Origin: Candidatus Dormiibacterota bacterium
Lineage (GTDB): Bacteria; Chloroflexota; Dormibacteria; DASZGP01
Direction: 5' to 3'
Length of the DNA: 64,000 bases
Assembly: GCA_036741395.1 (NCBI GenBank)
Contig: DAINSI010000001.1
Span: 14,999-78,998, forward strand
The position numbers and the translations under genes were made by a program. The notes under the pieces were generated by a model that saw nothing but the letters and a program-made list of their open reading frames with translations, had not been told where the DNA came from and did not search any database. Shown one piece after another: positions 8,296 through 15,426 of the stretch (within the stretch, counting starts at the first letter, position 1; every line of letters begins with the position of its first letter).

Positions 8296-9666
8296 TCAGA
8301 GGCCGCCGGTGCGCAGAGCGTGGACCAGCTGGCGCACACCCGTGGTGTTCTCCCCCTGGTCTGACCGCGCATAAATCCGCGCGCACTCCTTACCTGGGGT
8401 GACCGGCTCTGCAGTCCGTCGCACCAGCAGCAGCAACTCATTCCCGTCACGAACATCCTCGAGGCCGGCGCCGGGTCGCAGGTACGCCGGTGGCCCGTCA
8501 TCCGAAACGCTGTAGACACCACCGCGCGGCCGCCGCGGAGGGTCGTGCGGGAATTGATGCACGATCACCTGCGACGCGACACCGACGGGCGCGGTGGCGT
8601 CCTCCGCGGACAGCGCACCGAGGTCGGCATCCAGCATCTCCAGCAGGTGAAGCAACACCAGCGGTGCGCGGCCGGCCTCGACGTCCAGCTCCGTGGCCTC
8701 CGGCAATGAGGCAACCATGCGCGGGTTGACCTCGATGACCAGCGGGCCGTCTGCGGCGAGCACGAAGTCGACGCCGAAGAGGCCGCGGTAGTTGTTGGCG
8801 GCGAGGTCGGCGCCGAGCGCGCGCACGCAGCGCTCGATCTCTGCGCGGTGCGCCACCAGGCGCCCCTCCCCCCACGCGTTGCCGCACGAACCGAGCTGCT
8901 CCGGCGTCAGCCAATCGACGCCTGTGACCTGGCGGCACGGCTCGTTGACCGCGGGGGGGTGGCCCCCCTCGATACCGGCGCCGTCGCCCCGGAAGGCGAC
9001 GCCCGAAGCGGTGAAGGGAAGGCCGTCGATCCACTCCGCGACGCGCATGCTGCCGCTCCGCTCGCGCGCGTTGACGACGTCCAGCTGCGCCTGGTTGTCG
9101 ACCAACCAGGTGCGCTGCCCGGCGTTGCCGCGAGGACCCTGCACCACCACCGGCGCGCCAAAGTCCTCGACCAGGTCGGCGTACACCAGTGGCAGCCGGC
9201 GGGCGTCCCAGCGCGGTCGCGGCACCCCGGCGCGCTCCGCCGCGGCGACAAAGGCGAGCTTGTTCTCGTAGGCCCGCGCCGCGCTGCTGGGCGCGGCCAG
9301 CAGCCTCCCGCCCAGCGCCGTGACGGCCTCGGCGATGCGCTCGGACGGTTTGAACGAGAGCACCGCGGTGGGGCCCAGGCTGCGGAAGAACTCGCCGGTC
9401 GCCGGGTGGCGCAGGAGGTCCAGCGAGGACATGCCCGCGGTCGCCTCGGGTCCGCTGTGCTCCGAGAGACAGAAGACCTCGGTGCCGCGCCCGCGCAGCA
9501 CGTCGACGGCGTCGCTGGCGGAGATGCAGGCCAGCGCCGTCCCTGGCAGAGCGCGCTGCAGGCCGGCCGCCAGCCAGATGTCGTGGGCCGCCACCACCGG
9601 GCGCAGACCGTCCTCTTCCAGCCGCGCGGTGGCCAGCGCGACGGCGGCGTCCAGGGTTGGGCGCAT
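8296..9666 (-). CDS. ATP-grasp domain carboxylate-amine ligase (456 aa)
   Basis: Motifs YENKLAFVAAAERAGVPRP, VVVQGPRGNAGQRTW and LFGVDFVLAADGPLVIEVNPRM. Its ATG overlaps the stop of the upstream PLP gene (TGATG at 9664-9668). Confidence 0.8.
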   Translation of the reverse strand: MRPTLDAAVALATARLEEDGLRPVVAAHDIWLAAGLQRALPGTALACISASDAVDVLRGRGTEVFCLSEHSGPEATAGMSSLDLLRHPATGEFFRSLGPTAVLSFKPSERIAEAVTALGGRLLAAPSSAARAYENKLAFVAAAERAGVPRPRWDARRLPLVYADLVEDFGAPVVVQGPRGNAGQRTWLVDNQAQLDVVNARERSGSMRVAEWIDGLPFTASGVAFRGDGAGIEGGHPPAVNEPCRQVTGVDWLTPEQLGSCGNAWGEGRLVAHRAEIERCVRALGADLAANNYRGLFGVDFVLAADGPLVIEVNPRMVASLPEATELDVEAGRAPLVLLHLLEMLDADLGALSAEDATAPVGVASQVIVHQFPHDPPRRPRGGVYSVSDDGPPAYLRPGAGLEDVRDGNELLLLVRRTAEPVTPGKECARIYARSDQGENTTGVRQLVHALRTGGL

Positions 9667-10607
9667 CAGCGCAGGTCCTCCAGGCTGTCGAGGACACCCG
9701 CGAACGTTGCCAGCGGCAATTCCAGCCGCGGCGCGCTGGGGTCGACCACGGCGCGCCCGGTGAGCAGCAGACAGGCCTCCCGCACAGCATCCTCACGGGC
9801 CGCCATCCGCAGCCCGGCGAGGGCCGCCCAGCACTCCGGCGCAACCGCATGCCCGGACGCCCGCAGGGCCTGGCCGGCCTCGGCTATCGACGCGTCATCG
9901 ACCCACCACGCCTCCCCGCCACTGCGGCGGACCAGGTCGACGACCTCGCCGGCGCGCGCCGACACCTTGACCCCGAGGTCGCCGACCAGGCTCCGCCGCC
10001 CATCACCGGGGCGCCCGAACTCGCGGCTGAGCCCGTTGACCAGGCCGGCCTGCACGGGGTGGAGCGGGAGCCCGCGGCCGGCCTCGCGGAGGGCCGCGCC
10101 CACGGCCTGGAAGGTGGTGCCGCTGCTGGCGTACCCGAGCAGCGCGACACCTTCCGCGAGCTCCACGGCGAGCTCCTCGCCGAGGCCCGCGAAACCCTCC
10201 AGCGCCTCCACCGACTGCGACGGACGCAGGTCCGGCCAGCCACAGACGCGGCTGAGGCGGAGGGTGAAGTTGATGGGCTTGGTGGTGACGACCACGCGCC
10301 CCCCGGCGGCGCGGATGGCGGCCGCCCTGGCGGGCTCGGTCAGCGGCGAGAGCAACGCCACCACGGTCACCCCCGCGATCGAGCCCCGGGCGGCTGCCGC
10401 CAGCGCGGCGTTGCCCGAGGAGGAGATGACGGCGACGGCGTGGCCCCGCTCCTGGCACGCCGCAATCTGCCGCGCCGCGCCGCGGTCCTTGTGCGAGCCG
10501 GTGGGGTTGAGATCCTCGCGCTTGACCCAGAGCCGATCGACGCCGGCCCAGCGCGCCAGCGCCGCATCCGCCTGCAGCGGCGTGTGTCCCGGGGATGTCC
10601 CGCTCAT
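9666..10607 (-). CDS. Fold-type II PLP-dependent enzyme, threonine synthase/cysteine synthase-like
   Basis: Track ORF 9666-11105 was trimmed to the ATG at 10605-10607, because the upstream 166 aa are Arg/Cys/Pro-rich nonsense. The resulting 313 aa carry LWVKREDLNPTGSHKDRGA (PLP lysine) and ISSSGNAALAAA. Confidence 0.8.
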   Translation of the reverse strand: MSGTSPGHTPLQADAALARWAGVDRLWVKREDLNPTGSHKDRGAARQIAACQERGHAVAVISSSGNAALAAAARGSIAGVTVVALLSPLTEPARAAAIRAAGGRVVVTTKPINFTLRLSRVCGWPDLRPSQSVEALEGFAGLGEELAVELAEGVALLGYASSGTTFQAVGAALREAGRGLPLHPVQAGLVNGLSREFGRPGDGRRSLVGDLGVKVSARAGEVVDLVRRSGGEAWWVDDASIAEAGQALRASGHAVAPECWAALAGLRMAAREDAVREACLLLTGRAVVDPSAPRLELPLATFAGVLDSLEDLR

Positions 10608-10625
10608 CTCTCTACAATCGAGGTC

Positions 10626-10775
10626 ATGGCAGCTTGCCCCGAGTGCAGCACCGAGGTCCAGGCCGACGTGCCCCAGTTGGGGGAGATCCTGGTCTGCACC
10701 GGCTGCGGCGCGGACCTTGAGGTCATCAGCCAGGAACCGCTCACGTTCGAGGTCTACGAGCAAGAGGAAAAGTAG
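10626..10775 (+). CDS. LysW/ArgW-like zinc-ribbon amino-group carrier protein homolog (49 aa) with a non-canonical C-terminus
   Basis: MAACPECSTEVQADVPQLGEILVCTGCGADLEVISQEPLTFEVYEQEEK shows a CPxC...CxxC ribbon and a GEIxxCxxCGAxLEV core. Third codon positions are GC-rich. In the track it is visible only as the tail of shadow ORF 9657-10775. Confidence 0.7.
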   Translation: MAACPECSTEVQADVPQLGEILVCTGCGADLEVISQEPLTFEVYEQEEK

Positions 10776-12315
10776 GTGGCGGAAAAGTAGGTGGCGGAGA
10801 AGTGGGGAGGGTGGCCTCCCGCACCTGCTTCTTGAAGCCGGAGTCCTCATCGGCCCCCACGTAGTAGAGCGTGAAGAAGCCCGGGCACGCCGGCGACAGC
10901 AGCACCGAGTCGCCATCCCGCGCCACCTCGACCGCCCGCCGCACCGCGGCGCCGAAGTCCGCGACACGCTCCACCTCCACACCCTCGGCGAGCAGGTTGG
11001 CGACGATCGCCTCGGTGCCGCCGCCGGGCAGGGCCAGGGCCCTGCGCACGCGGCCCTGCGCGGTCCTCGCCAGTGAGGTGCTGTCCAGGCCCTTGTCCTC
11101 GCCACCGAGGATCCAGACCACGTCCTGCCCGAGCGTCCGCAGCGCCACCTCGCTGGCCGTCGGCGTGGTGCTGTTGAGGTCGTCGTAGTAGCTCACCCCG
11201 TCGCTCAACCAGATGAACTGGATGCGGTGCTTCAGCCCCCTGAAGTCACGGATCGCGCCGGTGACGGCCGGCGGCGCCACGCCCATCGCCAGGGCGGCGC
11301 AGGCCGCGGCGGCAACGTTGAGCGCGTTGTGCCGGCCGGCCACCGGGATGCCGGCGACCTCGATCGACCACGACCGCGCGGAGGCGTCCGGCCAGGGGCC
11401 GGCGGCATTGACGGTCTCATCGCCCGCGACCACGCCCGGCCGCGCTCGCACCGGTTCGTCGGCCGCACTCTTTAGGGTCTCGCCGAACCAGTACGTTGCG
11501 GCTGGCGTCAAAGCCGCGAGACCCCGGGTGACGTCAAGGTCGCCGTTGAGCACCGCCACGTCGCCCTCCTGCTGGTACCGCACCAGCCCCGCCTTGGCGT
11601 CGACATAGCCGTCCCAGCCGCCGTGCTCCTCGAGGTGGTTGGGGTAGATGTTGGTGAGCACCGCGACCCGCGGGCTGCGGTGCAGCATCTTGAGGTGGCG
11701 GTTGCTGATCTCGAGGACCAGGTGGGTGTCCGGCGTGGCCGTCTGCAAACGGTCCAGCGCCTGCTGGCCGTGGCGATCATTGCCGGCAAATATGACGTCC
11801 CGCCCGTCGGCGACCAGCATGTCGCGCAGCAACCGTGTGGTCGTCGACTTGCCCTGGCTGCCGCTGACGCCGACCACCGGCCCGGGTGACAGCCCGAGGT
11901 ACAGCTGGACCAGGCTGAAGAAGCGCTGCTGCAGCCCAGGACTCTGGGCGAGCGGGCGATTGCTCTCGTACAGGTACCAGCCCTGGGTGACCGCGATGGC
12001 GTCGGCGCCGTCGACGCCCTCCAGGTAGCGGTCGCGGAAGACCATGCGCACCGACTCCAGCAGCTTCTCCAGCATCCGTTCCCGGTCCGCCATCGGCCAG
12101 CCCACGTGCACCCGCTTGAAGGCGCGGGGAAAGGTCTCGGGGGTGCTGAAGTCGTGCCCCACGAGCCGCTTGAACCCGTGATCGGCGAGGAAGAGCAGCA
12201 GGTGTGCCCCCTCGACGCTGCCGGCACCCACGACGTGCACCTCCCGGTCGCGCAGCGCAAAGAGGTCATCCCACGACCCGATCCGGTCGCCCAGGTTGGT
12301 GGCCGCGCCCGCCAT
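10741..12315 (-). CDS. Mur ligase family protein, MurD-like
   Basis: 524-aa ORF with GVSGSQGKSTT, TNIYPNHLEEHG, GRHNALNVAAA, GLKHRIQ, DDLNSTTP and LLSPACPGF in MurD order. Its 3-prime end overlaps the convergent lysW-like ORF by 35 nt. Confidence 0.8.
   Translation of the reverse strand: MAGAATNLGDRIGSWDDLFALRDREVHVVGAGSVEGAHLLLFLADHGFKRLVGHDFSTPETFPRAFKRVHVGWPMADRERMLEKLLESVRMVFRDRYLEGVDGADAIAVTQGWYLYESNRPLAQSPGLQQRFFSLVQLYLGLSPGPVVGVSGSQGKSTTTRLLRDMLVADGRDVIFAGNDRHGQQALDRLQTATPDTHLVLEISNRHLKMLHRSPRVAVLTNIYPNHLEEHGGWDGYVDAKAGLVRYQQEGDVAVLNGDLDVTRGLAALTPAATYWFGETLKSAADEPVRARPGVVAGDETVNAAGPWPDASARSWSIEVAGIPVAGRHNALNVAAAACAALAMGVAPPAVTGAIRDFRGLKHRIQFIWLSDGVSYYDDLNSTTPTASEVALRTLGQDVVWILGGEDKGLDSTSLARTAQGRVRRALALPGGGTEAIVANLLAEGVEVERVADFGAAVRRAVEVARDGDSVLLSPACPGFFTLYYVGADEDSGFKKQVREATLPTSPPPTFPPPTFPLARRPRT
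10766..10810. repeat. 15-bp tandem repeat, two exact copies plus one degenerate copy
   Basis: GGAAAAGTAGGTGGC at 10766-10780 and 10781-10795, then GGAGAAGTGGGGAGG at 10796-10810. On the plus strand it contains the lysW-like TAG stop twice. On the minus strand it encodes PTSPP-PTFPP-PTFPL at the Mur ligase C-terminus. Confidence 0.9.
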
Positions 12316-12321
12316 TGCGGC

Positions 12322-13233
12322 TCAGCCGCCCAGCAGCACGGGGCGCCGCCAGCCCTGGTGTTGGTAGCGCCGGCCGTTGTCTTCCAGGCTCTCCTCGATC
12401 ACCCGGCGCTGGGTGCGACAGGCGTGGAGCACGGTGGCGTCGGACGTCATCAGGACGACGTGGCCGACCTTCTGTCCCCGGGGGGTGGCGAAGAGCAGGT
12501 CGCCCGCCGCGACCCCGCCGGCGACCACCCGCAGGCCCACACGCCGCTGGTCCCTGGTGTGCCGCGGCAGGAGCACCCCCGCGACCTCGCGGACGACGCG
12601 CTGCAGCAGGCCTGAGCAGTCGAAGCCCGCGTGGGTCGTCCCGCCCCAGACGTAGGGCACATCGAGTTCGGCGCGGGCGCCATCGATGACGGCCTGCGCC
12701 CCCACCCCCTGCGGCTGGGCTTCGCGCGCGGCGCCTTCGACAGGCCGGGGGATGTCCTTCCAGGAGGCACCGCCGCCCTCGGGCAGGTCGCGGAGGTCGG
12801 CGCGCGCGGCCCAGCCCATGGCCAGGTCGGGGCCCTGCACCAGCGCCCAGGCCCCGATGGCGCCCAACCGGCGCAGCGGACCGTCGGCGGCAAGGTACTG
12901 GGTCTGACGGCCCATCTCCTCACCAGCGCGCTCGGGCGTCCGCCAGAGGTCGAGCAGGCCCACGGCGATCTCCGACCATCCCTCCTCGAGCCCCGAGTCG
13001 GGATCCGCGGCGACCCTGAGGTCGACATCCGCGCCGTGCGCCCGCGCCAGCTCCGCCACCGCCCGTGCCTGGCGCGCCGTGAGCACCCTGCCGGAGACGA
13101 TCGTCCTACCATCGCCTTCCTCGAGGTGGAGCGCGACCTGCTGCAGGGCGTGGCCCGTCTGGGAGGCGGCGAAGTCGTCGAGGGCACCCGGGAGAAGACG
13201 GGAACCATCCCGCGTCGTGTCGGCGCTCGTCAC
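12322..13233 (-). CDS. NlpC/P60 (C40) family peptidase with an uncharacterised N-terminal domain
   Basis: 303-aa ORF. The C-terminal core reads PYVWGGTTHAGFDCSGLLQRV...GHVVLM. It ends 6 nt before the Mur ligase start. Confidence 0.85.
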   Translation of the reverse strand: MTSADTTRDGSRLLPGALDDFAASQTGHALQQVALHLEEGDGRTIVSGRVLTARQARAVAELARAHGADVDLRVAADPDSGLEEGWSEIAVGLLDLWRTPERAGEEMGRQTQYLAADGPLRRLGAIGAWALVQGPDLAMGWAARADLRDLPEGGGASWKDIPRPVEGAAREAQPQGVGAQAVIDGARAELDVPYVWGGTTHAGFDCSGLLQRVVREVAGVLLPRHTRDQRRVGLRVVAGGVAAGDLLFATPRGQKVGHVVLMTSDATVLHACRTQRRVIEESLEDNGRRYQHQGWRRPVLLGG

Positions 13234-13994
13234 GCCGCCGCCTCTTCGCCCTCCACCGCCCGGACCATCGCCACCAGCTCATCCAGGTTGGAGACGCGGG
13301 CGCAGTCTGGGTTGGCGAGGACGCCGTCGCGGTCGAGGAAGACGGCCTGCAGCCCCGCGGCACGCGCGCCCATGACGTCAGCCCAGTAGTTGTCGCCGAT
13401 GTGCCAGGTGTCGCGCGCCGGGACGCCCAGGCGGCGCAGGGCGATGTCCCAGATGCGTCCGTCGGGCTTCATCGCGCCGGCGTCGACCGAGGCCACGATG
13501 ACGTCGAAGTATTCGGTCAGGCCGTGCTGGCGGCAGAGCGACGGGAGCGTATCGACGAAATTGGAGACGATCGCCATCGGGATTCCCATACGACGCAGCT
13601 CCTCAAGCGCCGGCAGGGCGTCGGGGAATGCCTCCCACGCATCCGCGCTCCAGGCGCTGGTGAAGACCGCCTCGCCCAGCTCCGCGAGGCGCTCACCCTC
13701 CACGCCCAGCCCACGGAGTACGAGGAGGTTGTACTCGGTCCAGAACTCCCGGGCCAGGTCCATCGAGGCCTCGAAGTCGCGACCCTCCCGGGTGGCACGG
13801 ATGTAGAGCTCGTGGGCCGGACGGTGCGCCTGTGCGACCAGCTCCAGCGCGAACTCGTGGCCCTGCGCGGCGAGGATCCGACGGTAGAGCTCGGGGCCGT
13901 TCGGGGTGTGCCGCAGGAGTGTGTAGCCCATGTCGAAGCAGATCGCGCGCGGCCGCCGCATTTTCCAGAGCGTAGCAGCCGCAAGCCCGCTCAC
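13230..13994 (-). CDS. HAD-superfamily hydrolase
   Basis: 254-aa ORF; the start may be the second Met (MRRPRAICFDMGYTLL). Motif I reads FDMGYT, and later motifs are SNF, KPDGRIW and HIGDNYWADVMGARAAG. It overlaps the NlpC/P60 start by 4 nt. Confidence 0.75.
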   Translation of the reverse strand: MSGLAAATLWKMRRPRAICFDMGYTLLRHTPNGPELYRRILAAQGHEFALELVAQAHRPAHELYIRATREGRDFEASMDLAREFWTEYNLLVLRGLGVEGERLAELGEAVFTSAWSADAWEAFPDALPALEELRRMGIPMAIVSNFVDTLPSLCRQHGLTEYFDVIVASVDAGAMKPDGRIWDIALRRLGVPARDTWHIGDNYWADVMGARAAGLQAVFLDRDGVLANPDCARVSNLDELVAMVRAVEGEEAAA

Positions 13995-14021
13995 CGGTGC
14001 CCTCGCGGGAGGGCCCGGGCC

Positions 14022-15326
14022 CTATCCCAGCAGCGACTCCACGGCCGCGCCGTAGCTCCGCGCGGTGGTCGTGTAGACGTCGGCCAGGCGGGTCGCGGTG
14101 GCGTCCCAGCTGAAGTGCCCGGCAAGCTCCACGCCGGCGTCGCCCATGCGCCGCCGCAGCTCCTCGTCGCTGAGGAGGAGGTCGAGCGCGTGGGCGTAGG
14201 CGGCAGGTTCGTGCTCGCGGACGGTGAACCCCGTGGTGCCGTCGGCGACGACCTGGGTCAGGCCGCCCACGCGCGACGCCACCACCGGCGTCCCGCAGGC
14301 CTGGGCCTCGAGCGCCACCAGCCCGAACGACTCGCTGTAGGAGGGCACCACACAGACGTCGGCGAGGCTGTAGTAAGCGGGCAGCTCCGGGTGGTCGACG
14401 GCGCCCAGGAAGGTGACCCGGTCGGCGACGTCGAGGTCCGCTGCCAGCGCCCTCAGGCGTGCCCCCTCGCCGGCGAAGTCGCCCGCCTCGCTGACCCCGT
14501 TGCCGCTGTCCGCGCCCGCCACCAGCAGCCGCCGCGGCGATGTCGACGCCGGCAGCAGGGCCAGCGCGCGGATCGCGGTCTCGACGCCCTTGAGGCGCTC
14601 CAGCCTGCCGGTGAAGAGGATCACGCGCTCGTCGGCGCCCAGCCCCAGGCGCGCCCGCAGGGGCGCGGCGCGGGTGGGATGAAAGCGCTCGAGGTCGACC
14701 CCCAGGGGGACGACGTCGATGCACGAGCGGTCGGCGCCGTAGAGGTAGGCCAGGTCATCGACCTCGCGGACGGTGGGCGCGACCAGGCGGTTGCAGCTGC
14801 GCGCGATCTCCAGCTCGACAGCGATGCGCTGGTCGCTCTCGCGGCCGGCCCCCTCGGGGCGGTCGCGGTCCTTGACCCGGCCCAGGGTGTGCGCCATGTG
14901 GACCCAGGGGACTCCCCAGGCCTGGCTGAGGCGCCGCCCGACCCATCCGCTCAGCCAGTAGTGGCTGTGGACCAGGTCGAACGACTCCCCGGCGTCGCGG
15001 GCCCAGGCGTTGACCCCACGGTAGAACTCCGGCAGGTGATAGAAGAGGCCCGCCTTGTCCAGCTGGTGCTCGGGACCGGCGCTGACGTGGACCAGATGGC
15101 AACCCTCGGGGACGTCGAGGTCACGGGGCGACTGGGGGTACTCCTTGCGGGTGAAGATGACGCTGCGCAGGCCGCGACGGGCCAACTCCTCGGTGACCGA
15201 GCGGATGTACACGCTCATGCCGCCGTTCTCCGCCCCACCCACCTCGCTGTAGGGGCAGGAGTGCGCGGCGATGACGGCGACCGTCCGGGTCTTCTGCGCG
15301 CTGAGATCGCTCACGTCAGGATGCAA
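14022..15326 (-). CDS. mshA: GT4 glycosyltransferase, MshA-like (D-inositol-3-phosphate glycosyltransferase-like)
   Basis: 434-aa ORF that resembles MshA along its length as I recall that protein: VAVIAAHSCPY...GGMSVYIRS, HSHYWLSG, VHMAHTLGRVK, VVPSYSESFGLVALEAQACGTPVVAS. Confidence 0.75.
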   Translation of the reverse strand: MHPDVSDLSAQKTRTVAVIAAHSCPYSEVGGAENGGMSVYIRSVTEELARRGLRSVIFTRKEYPQSPRDLDVPEGCHLVHVSAGPEHQLDKAGLFYHLPEFYRGVNAWARDAGESFDLVHSHYWLSGWVGRRLSQAWGVPWVHMAHTLGRVKDRDRPEGAGRESDQRIAVELEIARSCNRLVAPTVREVDDLAYLYGADRSCIDVVPLGVDLERFHPTRAAPLRARLGLGADERVILFTGRLERLKGVETAIRALALLPASTSPRRLLVAGADSGNGVSEAGDFAGEGARLRALAADLDVADRVTFLGAVDHPELPAYYSLADVCVVPSYSESFGLVALEAQACGTPVVASRVGGLTQVVADGTTGFTVREHEPAAYAHALDLLLSDEELRRRMGDAGVELAGHFSWDATATRLADVYTTTARSYGAAVESLLG

Positions 15327-15362
15327 CCGCGACCGATCTCCACTTATGCCAATTCTGAGGGT

Positions 15363-15426
15363 GGCGAATTAGCTCACGCCAGTTCCGGTGTCGGGGCGAA
15401 CTGGCTCACGCCAGTTCGACCGTCAG
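15363..15426. repeat. Approximately 32-bp tandem duplication at the 3-prime end of the GNAT gene
   Basis: GCGAATTAGCTCACGCCAGTTC (15364-15385) versus GCGAACTGGCTCACGCCAGTTC (15396-15417), with 2 mismatches. The second copy contains the GNAT stop codon and forms the hairpin CGAACTGG-CGTGAG-CCAGTTCG on the minus strand. Confidence 0.7.

Noticed and set aside
10773-10790. The two in-frame TAG codons as possible recoded (pyrrolysine or read-through) codons extending the LysW-like protein
   Set aside because: TAG is used as an ordinary stop in this window (for example rpmH at 26088-26090), and no pyl genes or recoding signals were seen. The observation is kept only as a note under the repeat finding.
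10766-10810. Short tandem repeats (here and at 15363-15426) as a CRISPR array
   Set aside because: The units are directly adjacent with no spacers, there are only 2-3 copies, and no cas genes are nearby.
8848-11076. 742-aa plus-strand ORF, together with similar long ORFs such as 13401-15560 (+), 18762-20624 (+), 22588-23733 (+), 26514-27671 (-), 27726-28931 (-), 40108-41385 (-), 41195-42349 (-) and 42901-44118 (-)
   Set aside because: Their translations are Arg/Pro/Gly/Ala-rich low-complexity strings with no motifs. Each lies antisense or out of frame to a gene with clear family motifs. These are typical shadow ORFs of a high-GC genome.
10608-11105. N-terminal 166-aa extension of track ORF 9666-11105
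   Set aside because: The extension (MARTRAWTAPHWRGPRRAACAG...) is compositionally non-coding and runs antisense through the lysW-like ORF and into the Mur ligase gene. The PLP enzyme homology begins at the ATG at 10607.
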